Assembly: GCA_963827455.1 (NCBI GenBank)
Contig: CAWHAW010000011.1
Coordinates: forward strand, 6,228 to 70,227
DNA: 64,000 nucleotides
From: an uncultured Solirubrobacteraceae bacterium
GTDB taxonomy: Bacteria > Actinomycetota > Thermoleophilia > Solirubrobacterales > Solirubrobacteraceae
Direction: 5' to 3'
The position numbers and the translations under genes were made by a program. Under the pieces are notes generated by a model, which saw only the letters and a program-made list of their open reading frames with translations, had not been told where the DNA came from and ran no database searches. Shown here in pieces: positions 19,149-27,197 of the stretch. The first letter of the stretch is position 1, and every line of letters begins with the position of its first letter.

Positions 19149-20359
19149 ATGAGGTTCTTCGAGTACGAGGCGCGCGAGGTGATCAAGCGCGCCGGCATCC
19201 CCGTCACCGACTACGGCTTCACGACCGACGCCGCCGAGGCGCGCGAGATCGCGCAGCGCATCGGCGGGCCGACTGTGATCAAGTCGCAGGTGCTGACCGG
19301 CGGGCGCATGAAGGCGGGCGGGGTCAAGTTCGCCGACACACCGGAGGAGGCCGAGGCACATGCGCGCGAGATCCTCGCGCTCGAGATCAACGGCCACATG
19401 CCGCGAGGCGTGCTCGTCGACCCGAAGGCCGAGGTCGAGCAGGAGTACTACGCGGGCGTCGTCTGGGACGGAATCCGCAAGCAGCCGGTGATGATCTTCT
19501 CGCCGGTCGGCGGCATCGACATCGAGCAGGTCGCCGAGGAGCAGCCCGAGGCGGTCGGACGGCGGCACTTCTCGAACATCCTGCCGCTGAGCGACTTCGA
19601 GGCCAAGGAGGTGATCGCCTCGACCGGCGTCACCGGCTCGGCGCTCAACAAGCTGGTCCCGATCGTCGTCCGCCTGGCGCGGCTGTTTGTCGAGAACGAC
19701 ATGATCCTCGCCGAGATCAACCCGCTCGGTCGCCTCGCCGACGGCTCGTTCGTCGCGCTCGACGCGCACATGGACATCGAGAACGAGGCCCGCGGGCGCC
19801 ACAAGGCGCTGCTGGCCGAGCTCGGCGTCGGCGACGAGGAGACCCGCCAGGCGCGCGAGGCCACACCGTTTGAGCTCGCCGGCGAGCAGGTCGACGCCCA
19901 GGATCACCGCGGTGTCGCCGGCAACGTCACCGAGTTCGATGGAAACCTCGGGCTCGTGATCGGCGCCGGGGGGGATCGCTGACGCTCTTCGACGCCGTGC
20001 GTGCCCACGGCGGCCGGCCTGCCAACTACTGCGAGATAGGTGGCAACCCCTCCGTCGCCAAGGCCTGTGGCCTGGCCAAGCTCGTGCTGCAGAAGCCAGG
20101 CGTCGACGCGATCGCCGTGATGATGTCGATCGTCTCGAACACGCGCGTGGACATCGTCGCGCGCGGCGTCATCAAAGCCTGCCTCGAGCTCGGCTACGAC
20201 CCCGCGGAGAAGATCGCCATCTTCCGTATTCCTGGCGCCTGGGAGGAGGAGGGCTTCAAGATCCTCAAGCGCTACGGCGTCGACTACGCGGACCGGAGCG
20301 TGTCCCTGAACGAGGCTGCTCGCCGAGCCGTCGAGAAGATCCAGGGGGCGAGCGTCTGA
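19149..20359 (+). pseudogene. ADP-forming acid:CoA ligase beta subunit (SucC/MtkA/CcsA superfamily) with a -1 frameshift in a G7 run at 19968-19974
   Basis: MRFFEYEAREV, KSQVLTGGRMKAGGV and EINPL. Adding one G joins it to GAGGGSLTLFDAVRAHGGRPANYCEIGGNP...*20359. Confidence 0.88.
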
Positions 20360-20457
20360 TGGACGTGGTGCGTATGTCCTCTCGCGAACGCTGTGTGACC
20401 ATGGTTAGACAGAGCTCGCGCGAGCACAGTCGGACCCTGCGGTCGGGCAAGCGATGA
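20359..20457 (+). other. 32-aa mini-ORF bridging the ligase beta and alpha genes
   Basis: Its ATG overlaps the beta stop (TGATG) and its TGA overlaps the alpha start (ATGA). MDVVRMSSRERCVTMVRQSSREHSRTLRSGKR. Confidence 0.5.
20377..20426. repeat. CCATGG-centred palindromic element, copy 1
   Basis: About 50-bp imperfect inverted repeat. The core 20387-20416 is 22/30 identical to 59890-59919. Confidence 0.65.
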
Positions 20458-21377
20458 GCATCCTGATCGACGCAGACACGACGTTCATCGTCCAGGGCAT
20501 AACCGGCCGCGAGGCGGTCAACCTGACACGCGAGTGCCTCGACTACGGCGTCGGCGCCAAGGTCGTCGGCGGCGTCACGCCGGGGCGCCTCGGACGCGAG
20601 GTCCACGGCGTGCCCGTGTTCGACACGGTCGCGCAGGCGGTCGCGCATCACGGCGCGCCGATCTACGGCTCGGTCGTGACCGTCCCCCCCGCGTTCACCA
20701 AGGACGCCGTCTTCGAGGCGGTCGAGAACGGCGTGAGGCTGATCGTGATCGTCACCGAGCGCATCCCGCGCCGCGACGTCGCGCAGATGGTCGAGCTCGC
20801 GACGCTCCGCGGCGCGCGCATCATCGGCCCCAACTGCCTCGGCGTGATCGTGCCCGACGTGATCAAGATGGGCGGCATCGGCGGGCCGGCCAAAAACGCA
20901 GCACAGGCCTACACACCCGGCCCGATCGGCGTGATCTCGCGCTCGGGCGGGATGACGACCGAGATGTCCTCGACGCTCAGCGCCGCGGGCCTCGGTCAGT
21001 CGACCGCCGTGTCGATCGGCGGCGACGCGATCATCGGCTCCAGCTACGCCGAGTTGATGCCGCTGTTCGAGGCCGACGAGCAGACGCAGGGAATCGTCAT
21101 CTACACCGAGCCCGGCGGACGCATGGAGGCCGAGCTCGCGGGCTGGGTCACGGACAACGACTCGCGCCTTCCGATCGTCGCGTTCATGGCGGGACGCTTC
21201 ATGGACGAGATGCCGGGGATGAGCTTCGGACACGCGGGAACGATCGTCGAAGGCAAAGAGGACACCGCGACGGAGAAGATCGCGCGGCTCGCCCAGGCCG
21301 GGATCGCGGTCGCCGAGCGGATCGAGGACATACCCGGGATGATCCGCGCGAAGATCGCGGAGCGGAGCGCCGCATGA
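20454..21377 (+). CDS. ADP-forming acid:CoA ligase alpha subunit (SucD-like)
   Basis: VQGITGREA, GGVTPG, IIGPNCLG, SRSGG and phospho-His motif FGHAG. Confidence 0.92.
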   Translation: MSILIDADTTFIVQGITGREAVNLTRECLDYGVGAKVVGGVTPGRLGREVHGVPVFDTVAQAVAHHGAPIYGSVVTVPPAFTKDAVFEAVENGVRLIVIVTERIPRRDVAQMVELATLRGARIIGPNCLGVIVPDVIKMGGIGGPAKNAAQAYTPGPIGVISRSGGMTTEMSSTLSAAGLGQSTAVSIGGDAIIGSSYAELMPLFEADEQTQGIVIYTEPGGRMEAELAGWVTDNDSRLPIVAFMAGRFMDEMPGMSFGHAGTIVEGKEDTATEKIARLAQAGIAVAERIEDIPGMIRAKIAERSAA

Positions 21378-21613
21378 GGAAGGACGGGACGTTCGTCGCG
21401 ATCGAAGTCGACGACAGCATCGCCTCGGACCCTGCGGTCGCCGCCAAGCTCGCGGAGGTCTGCCCGGTGGACATCTTCGCCGTCGCGGACGACGCCGGCG
21501 TGGAGATCGTGGAGAAGAACATCGACGAGTGCGTGCTCTGCCGGCTCTGCCTCGACGCCGTCGGCGATCGCGTGCGCGTGCTCAAGCTCTACGAGGACGG
21601 CGCTGCGCTGTAG
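21374..21613 (+). CDS. Small ferredoxin with a single 4Fe-4S site (FixX-like)
   Basis: ATGA overlap with the alpha subunit. EVCPVDIF...ECVLCRLC. Confidence 0.8.
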   Translation: MRKDGTFVAIEVDDSIASDPAVAAKLAEVCPVDIFAVADDAGVEIVEKNIDECVLCRLCLDAVGDRVRVLKLYEDGAAL

Positions 21614-21666
21614 GGCGCCCGGCGCGCACTGCAGGCCGCCGGGTGGACTATCTTGACGAGGAGCCG

Positions 21667-21756
21667 ATGAACGAAAACTTCTCCCTCGTCGTCATGTGCA
21701 TCTTCTTGCTCGCCTCGCTGGCGTTTCTGGCCGAGCAGCTCTCCTCTTACCACTAG
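21667..21756 (+). CDS. Putative 29-aa membrane microprotein
   Basis: GAGGAG SD. MNENFSLVVMCIFLLASLAFLAEQLSSYH. Confidence 0.5.
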   Translation: MNENFSLVVMCIFLLASLAFLAEQLSSYH

Positions 21757-21785
21757 GCGTGCCGAACGCGCCTTCCGGCGTGCGA

Positions 21786-22160
21786 CTAGGCGTGCTTGCG
21801 CGCCTTCGGCGTGCGCTCGCGCTCCTGCTGGCGCTCGACGACGTTGATGATCAGCCGCATGATCTGCTCGGGCCCCGATGCCTTGGCCTGTCCGTAGGTG
21901 AACGCCTCGATCCAGTCCGCGACCTTGCCTTCGCGAGCCATCACGTTGAAGAACTCACGGCGCATGTCCACGCGCAGGCGCGCGTCGCCGGCGGGGCCCT
22001 TGGTGACTGCGACGTCCGGCATCTCCAGGCGAAACTGCTGCACGTCGCCGCGGCCCCTGAGCTCGACTCCGACGACCAGCTTGATCGGCTCGAGCGCCGG
22101 CACTTCGCCGATGAATCTGCGCGTCGCAACTTCGATCAGCGCCTTGGCGTCTTCTGCCAT
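21786..22160 (-). CDS. SCP2-like (sterol carrier) domain protein
   Basis: AGAAGAGGAAGG SD. VTKGPAGDARLRVDM...WIEAFTYGQAKASG resembles an SCP2 C-terminus. Confidence 0.6.
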   Translation of the reverse strand: MAEDAKALIEVATRRFIGEVPALEPIKLVVGVELRGRGDVQQFRLEMPDVAVTKGPAGDARLRVDMRREFFNVMAREGKVADWIEAFTYGQAKASGPEQIMRLIINVVERQQERERTPKARKHA

Positions 22161-22206
22161 TTGGCCCTTCCTCTTCTGGACCGCTCGCGGCCCGTCGCGT
22201 TCGTGA

Positions 22207-23421
22207 TCAGATCTTATGACGCTGCAGGAGCTTGCGACCGATCACCATGCGCTGGATCTCGGACGTCCCCTCGCCGATCAGCAGCAGCGGCGCATCGCGA
22301 TACAGCCGCTCGATCTCGTACTCCTTGGAGTAGCCGTAGCCGCCGTGGATGCGGAAGGACTCCTCCACGCAGAAGCGCCCGGCCTCCGACGCGAACAGCT
22401 TGGCCATGCCCGCCTCGAGGTCCGAGCGCTCGCCGGCATCCTTGAGGCGCGCTGCGCGCATCGTCAGCAGGCGAGCGGCTTCAACCTGCGTAGCCATGTC
22501 GGCGAGCTTGAACTGGATCGCCTGGTGCTCGGCGATCGGCTTGCCAAAGGTCTTGCGCTCCTGCGAGTAGCGCAGAGCCAGCTCGAGCGCACGCTGCGCG
22601 ATGCCGACACCGCGGGCGGCGACGTTCACGCGGCCGACCTCGAGCGCGTCCATCATCTGCGGGAAGCCCTTGTTGAGACCGACGTCCTCGCCGCCGAGGA
22701 CGTTCTCGGCCGGGCAGCGATAACCGTCGAACACGAGCTCGGTGGACTCCACGCCCTTGTAGCCCATCTTTTTGAGCTGCTCCGGGACTTTCAGGCCGGC
22801 GTACGCGCCCGTGTTCTCGTGCGCGCCGGCCTCCTTCTCCGCGATGAAGCACGTCATGCCCTGATAGGCCTTCTCGGCGTTCGGGTCGGTCTTGACGAGC
22901 ACGAACACGAGATCCGAGCGCAGGCCGTTCGTCACCCACATCTTCTGCCCGTTGATCTCATAGGAGCCGTCGTCGGTCTTCTTGGCGGAGGTTTTGATCG
23001 CCTGCACGTCGGAGCCCAGCTCGGGCTCGGACAGCGAGAACGCCGCACGGATCTCGCCGGTGGCCATCCGCGGCAGGTACTTCTGCTTCTGCTCGTCGCT
23101 GCCGAACTTCATCAGCAGGTAGGAGCCGATGAAATGCGTGTTGATCACGCCCGAGATCGAGATCCAGCCGCGCGAGAGCTCCTCGACGATCATCGCGTAC
23201 GTCGTCAGGTCGAGCCCCATCCCGCCGTACTCCTCGGGAATCGTCACGCCGAACAGCCCCAGCTCCTTCATCTGCTCGACGATCGGCGTCGGAAACTCGT
23301 CCTCGTGGTCGTAGTGCTCGGCGTTCGGCAGGATCTGCTCGTCGGCGAACTGGTGCACCATCTCGGTGATCGCCTTCTGCTCGTCGGTCATCTCGGTGTA
23401 CTGCGAGGCGGCTACGGCCAT
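22207..23421 (-). CDS. Acyl-CoA dehydrogenase, candidate methylsuccinyl-CoA dehydrogenase
   Basis: FSLSEPELGSD, INGQKMWVTNG and RIHGGYGYSKEYEIERLYRDAPLLLIGEGTSEIQ. Resembles the ACAD of Streptomyces ccr/meaA clusters (from memory). Confidence 0.88.
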   Translation of the reverse strand: MAVAASQYTEMTDEQKAITEMVHQFADEQILPNAEHYDHEDEFPTPIVEQMKELGLFGVTIPEEYGGMGLDLTTYAMIVEELSRGWISISGVINTHFIGSYLLMKFGSDEQKQKYLPRMATGEIRAAFSLSEPELGSDVQAIKTSAKKTDDGSYEINGQKMWVTNGLRSDLVFVLVKTDPNAEKAYQGMTCFIAEKEAGAHENTGAYAGLKVPEQLKKMGYKGVESTELVFDGYRCPAENVLGGEDVGLNKGFPQMMDALEVGRVNVAARGVGIAQRALELALRYSQERKTFGKPIAEHQAIQFKLADMATQVEAARLLTMRAARLKDAGERSDLEAGMAKLFASEAGRFCVEESFRIHGGYGYSKEYEIERLYRDAPLLLIGEGTSEIQRMVIGRKLLQRHKI

Positions 23422-23528
23422 TCTGATTAGCGCTCCAAGGGTCGTTTAGGCGGCTGAATGAAATCCGGAGGGACCCGGCTCGCCGGCCGCCGGCCGGCTG
23501 CGCCACCCTCAAGAGGGAGAATACCGTC

Positions 23529-25022
23529 GTGAACTTCGCTCGCGATGTCCTCGACTCGCGTGACCCCCGCGACGTGGCCGTGATCGAGCTGGCGCGCGAC
23601 GGCTCACGCACGCAGTGGAGCTACGGGGAGCTGGCCGAGCGCTCGGCGCGGCTCGCCGGCGCGCTGCAGCGCCACGGTGTGCGCACGGGTGACGTGGTGA
23701 TGACGCTGATCGGCAACCGTCCCGAGTGGGTGCTGGGCATGCTCGCGTGCTTTCGCATCGGCGCGGTCGTGCTGCCCTGCACCGAGCAGCTGCGCGCGAA
23801 GGACCTTCGCCTGCGCATCGCGGTGGCCGAGCCGAGCCTGATCCTCGCCGACGAGCGCAACCGCATCGAGCTCGAGGCGGCTGTCGCGGGCGGCGCGAGC
23901 GCTCCCACTTGCATATATGTGCCGGACGAGAGCCTGTTCGCGGGGGCGCCAGCTACGGCCGTCGAGCTGAAGGCCGATGACCCGTGCCTGATCACGTTCA
24001 CGAGCGGCACGGCCGGCGAGCCCAAGGCGGTCGTACACGCGCAGCGCTACCTCGACGGCCAGCGCGTTCAGGCCGAGCACTGGCTCGGCGCGCGCCCCGG
24101 TGAGCTCGTGTGGTGCACCGCGGCGAGCGGCTGGTCGAAGTCGGCACGCAACGTGTTCATCGCGCCATGGCTCTCGGGCGCGGCGGCATTGCTGCACGAC
24201 GCGCGCTTCGATCCGCAAGAGCGCCTCGAGCTGCTCGAGCGCGAGCGGGTCAACGTGCTGTGCATGGCTCCGACCGAGTACCGCGTGATCGCCAAGCGCG
24301 CCACGCTGCGCCCGTTCGAGCAGCTTCGGGGCATGGTGGCCGCCGGAGAGGCGCTCAACCCCGAGGTCCTGCGCGCCTGGCATGAGGTAACGGGGCTCGA
24401 GATCCGCGACGGCTACGGTCAGACCGAGACCGGACAGCTGACGGGTGCGCCGCTCGACGGCGACGCTCGGCCTGGCTCGATGGGCAAAGCGCTTCCGGGG
24501 ATGGGTCTCGAGGTCGTCGACGACGAGCTGACAGTCGATCCCGCGAGCGTGCCGACCTTCTTCCTCGGCTACCTCGGTGAGCACGTGCGACGCGATCACA
24601 GCGGCGCGTGGAGCGTCGAGGACCGCCGCGCCACCGGCCCGTGGCGGACGGGTGACCGTGTCAAGTTCGGCGAGGATGGCTGGCTCTACTTCGAGGGGCG
24701 CACCGACGACGTGATCGTCTCGGCGGGCTACCGCATCGGACCATTCGAGGTCGAGTCGGCACTCGTCTCGCACCCGGCCGTCGCCGAGGCGGCGGCGGTG
24801 GCGGCGCCGGATGAGGAGCGCGGCTCGGTCGTCCGCGCAGTGGTGGTGCTGCGCGACGACGGCTACGCGCCCTCGCCCGCGCTGGTGCGCGAGCTGCAGG
24901 AGCACGTCAAGCGCGAAACCGCGCCGTACAAGTATCCGCGGATCATCGACTTCGCCCTCGAGCTGCCGAAGACGGCCAGTGGCAAGGTCAAGCGGGCAGA
25001 GCTGCGAACGCCCACTGTTTGA
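23529..25022 (+). CDS. Short/medium-chain acyl-CoA synthetase (AMP-forming)
   Basis: FTSGTAGEPK, DGYGQTE, GYRIGPFEVES and LPKTASGKV. Confidence 0.92.
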   Translation: MNFARDVLDSRDPRDVAVIELARDGSRTQWSYGELAERSARLAGALQRHGVRTGDVVMTLIGNRPEWVLGMLACFRIGAVVLPCTEQLRAKDLRLRIAVAEPSLILADERNRIELEAAVAGGASAPTCIYVPDESLFAGAPATAVELKADDPCLITFTSGTAGEPKAVVHAQRYLDGQRVQAEHWLGARPGELVWCTAASGWSKSARNVFIAPWLSGAAALLHDARFDPQERLELLERERVNVLCMAPTEYRVIAKRATLRPFEQLRGMVAAGEALNPEVLRAWHEVTGLEIRDGYGQTETGQLTGAPLDGDARPGSMGKALPGMGLEVVDDELTVDPASVPTFFLGYLGEHVRRDHSGAWSVEDRRATGPWRTGDRVKFGEDGWLYFEGRTDDVIVSAGYRIGPFEVESALVSHPAVAEAAAVAAPDEERGSVVRAVVVLRDDGYAPSPALVRELQEHVKRETAPYKYPRIIDFALELPKTASGKVKRAELRTPTV

Positions 25023-25034
25023 CGCGCCCGAGTG

Positions 25035-25514
25035 TCAGGATCGCTCGTGCACGACCAGCACGGGGGCCGCCGAATGTGCCATCACGCCGGCCGTGACGCT
25101 GCCGAGCAGACGTCCCGCGAGCCCGCTCCGGCGGTGGGTGGCGATCGCGATCAGGCCGGCTTCGCGTTCCTCGGCGACGTCGACGATCCCCTTCCACGTC
25201 GGCGCTGCCTGGATCGCCAAGCTTCGCGCCTTGAAACCCGCCTGCTCCGCCAGCGACGCCCCCTGGGCCGCCGTTTCCTCGGCTGCGCTCCGCACCTCGG
25301 TGGCCTGCGCGGCGTTCAGGCTGCAGTCGCTGGGAGGCACAAATCCGACGTCCCCCGGCTGCCATACGCAGACGATCAGCGCCTCGCGTCCGGGCGCAAG
25401 CTGGCGACCTGCCTGCTCGATTGCGAGCTTCGCGAGTTCGGAGCCGTCGTAGGCGAAGAGCACCGGGCCGGCACTGGAGAGACCCTTCGCCGCGACTGCG
25501 TCACCCGACGCCAC
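25035..25514 (-). CDS. Universal stress protein
   Basis: VLFAYDGSE...GRLLGSVTAGVMAHSAAPVLVV. Confidence 0.9.
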   Translation of the reverse strand: MASGDAVAAKGLSSAGPVLFAYDGSELAKLAIEQAGRQLAPGREALIVCVWQPGDVGFVPPSDCSLNAAQATEVRSAAEETAAQGASLAEQAGFKARSLAIQAAPTWKGIVDVAEEREAGLIAIATHRRSGLAGRLLGSVTAGVMAHSAAPVLVVHERS

Positions 25515-25515
25515 G

Positions 25516-27003
25516 TCAGTTGGCGCTTTCCGTCGCGGGATGTGCGGCGCTCAACCGGCGGCGAACTCTCGCGAGCAGCGGCGGGGAGTACCACGCCGGG
25601 GCTTCGCCCGCCACGAAGCGGTCGAGGTCGGGGGTCTGCGGGCGCGCACCGCCGAGCGCGTAGATCGTGACGCCGATCGCGGCACCGCCGAGCGCGAGCG
25701 CGAGGCCGATCCACAGCGCGATGCCGATCCCTGCGTCGAGGCTGCCGCCGACGGTCACGGCCAAGTGGGCAAAGATCGGCGCGATCATGAAGGCCGCCAC
25801 CGCCCGCATCAGCTCGACGATCGCGAACACGCGCTGGAGGCTGGCCGACGGCAGGGAGAAGCCGGCCACGAACAGCGCCGGCGCGACCGTCGCCCCGAGA
25901 CCGATGCCAGTCAACCCTGAGCCGACGAGCGTTGCCACTTCGCTCGATGGCACTTCGATCCGGAACACCGCGATCCCGGCGGCCAGGAACAGCATGCCGA
26001 CCAACGGCAGGTAGTGCATCGCACGCTTGGTGATGACGACGCCGAGCACGATCGCGGTGATCACCGCGCCCGCGACCTCCGGCAGGTACAAGAGGCCCAC
26101 ATGAAGCGGCCCGTAGCGCCCCGCCAGCGCCGCCGCCGTGAGCGCGGTCGCCGAGACCGACGCCGCCGCGGCGAACAGCGCCACCACGATGCCCGCGACC
26201 GGCATCGTGCTCGTCAGCATCGTGCGGATCGTCAGCAGCGGGCGCTTCGCCCGGAACTGATACACGATCAGGGTGACGATCAGCGCGAGGCCACCGAGCA
26301 GCGGCACGATCGCGATCGGGTCGAGGAAGCTATGCGTCAGCAGCTCTGACGCACCGAAGAACGCCGCCACGCAGCCGACCGCCGCCAGCACGATCGCGAG
26401 TGGATCGCGCGGTGACTCGGGGTTGGCAGGCGGGGCGTCGTCGAATGTCAACACGGCCAGCAGCAGCGCGCTGGCCGCGATTGCGGCGATGATCCAGAAC
26501 AGCGGCCTCCAGGCGTCAGACTCCGCCTGCAGCCCGCCGATCGCAGGGCCCAGCGCCACCGCCCCGAAGATGCACATGTTCATGATCACGGCCGTCACGC
26601 GCAGCTTGCTCGCGGGATAGCCGATCGCCAGCGGCGGCACCGCAGAGATCAACAGCAGGCTCGTGCACAGCCCCTGGAGCACGTGGCCCGCGATGTACAT
26701 CCCTGGGCCCTGCGCCGACGCCGCGAGCACCGACCCGATCACGAGCAGCGAGGCATAGACGACCAGCATCCTGCGCTGCGGCAGGTGCTGGGCGAGCGCG
26801 ACCGCCAGCACCGTGCCGGCCGCGTAGGCCGCGTTGGCCAGCCCCGAGCCCACGCTCATCGTCTGCAGGCTCGTGTGTAGCTGCTTGGCAATGATCGGCG
26901 TCAGCGGCTGAAGCGCCGCGGACAGAGCCAGGTAGGGGATCAACGCGCACATCACCATCGCCGCGACCGCGGGATACCGTCCGGCGAGCGGGCCCTGGCG
27001 CAC
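25516..27003 (-). CDS. MFS transporter
   Basis: About 14 hydrophobic segments, GHVLQG and ALGPAIGG. GTG 27003 with GGAGGGAG SD. Confidence 0.85.
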   Translation of the reverse strand: MRQGPLAGRYPAVAAMVMCALIPYLALSAALQPLTPIIAKQLHTSLQTMSVGSGLANAAYAAGTVLAVALAQHLPQRRMLVVYASLLVIGSVLAASAQGPGMYIAGHVLQGLCTSLLLISAVPPLAIGYPASKLRVTAVIMNMCIFGAVALGPAIGGLQAESDAWRPLFWIIAAIAASALLLAVLTFDDAPPANPESPRDPLAIVLAAVGCVAAFFGASELLTHSFLDPIAIVPLLGGLALIVTLIVYQFRAKRPLLTIRTMLTSTMPVAGIVVALFAAAASVSATALTAAALAGRYGPLHVGLLYLPEVAGAVITAIVLGVVITKRAMHYLPLVGMLFLAAGIAVFRIEVPSSEVATLVGSGLTGIGLGATVAPALFVAGFSLPSASLQRVFAIVELMRAVAAFMIAPIFAHLAVTVGGSLDAGIGIALWIGLALALGGAAIGVTIYALGGARPQTPDLDRFVAGEAPAWYSPPLLARVRRRLSAAHPATESAN

Positions 27004-27197
27004 TAGCGATCTCCCTCCCGCGCACGGCGCCGAGCCTCGACGGCACCGACTTCGCGGGCGTCGTGCAGCAGCGAGCGCGTCATCTCCGTGAGAGTGCCCG
27101 CATTTGCGCGGCGCAACCGCTGGGCGGCGCGCACGCGCTCCGCCGGGCGGGTGCGCCGACGCGCAGCCTGATCGCTGTGCCGTGCCACGGCGCTCAT
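27003..27197 (-). CDS. Small basic ORF coupled to both flanking MFS genes
   Basis: ATGA overlap at its 5' end and TAGTG overlap at its 3' end. 64 aa, Arg/Ala-rich. Confidence 0.35.
   Translation of the reverse strand: MSAVARHSDQAARRRTRPAERVRAAQRLRRANAGTLTEMTRSLLHDAREVGAVEARRRAREGDR

Noticed and set aside
18068-21613. Autotrophic 3-hydroxypropionate bicycle or reductive TCA cycle
   Set aside because: The window has no malonyl-CoA reductase, propionyl-CoA synthase, citryl-CoA lyase or 2-oxoacid:ferredoxin oxidoreductase. The ccr/ecm context favours the EMC pathway.
22216-23430. 404-aa + strand ORF mirroring the acyl-CoA dehydrogenase, and many similar long antisense or alternate-frame ORFs (6679-8388, 47399-48715, 62103-63977)
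   Set aside because: These are shadow ORFs expected from high GC3 codon bias. They carry no recognisable motifs, and the overlapping frame holds a clear conserved gene.
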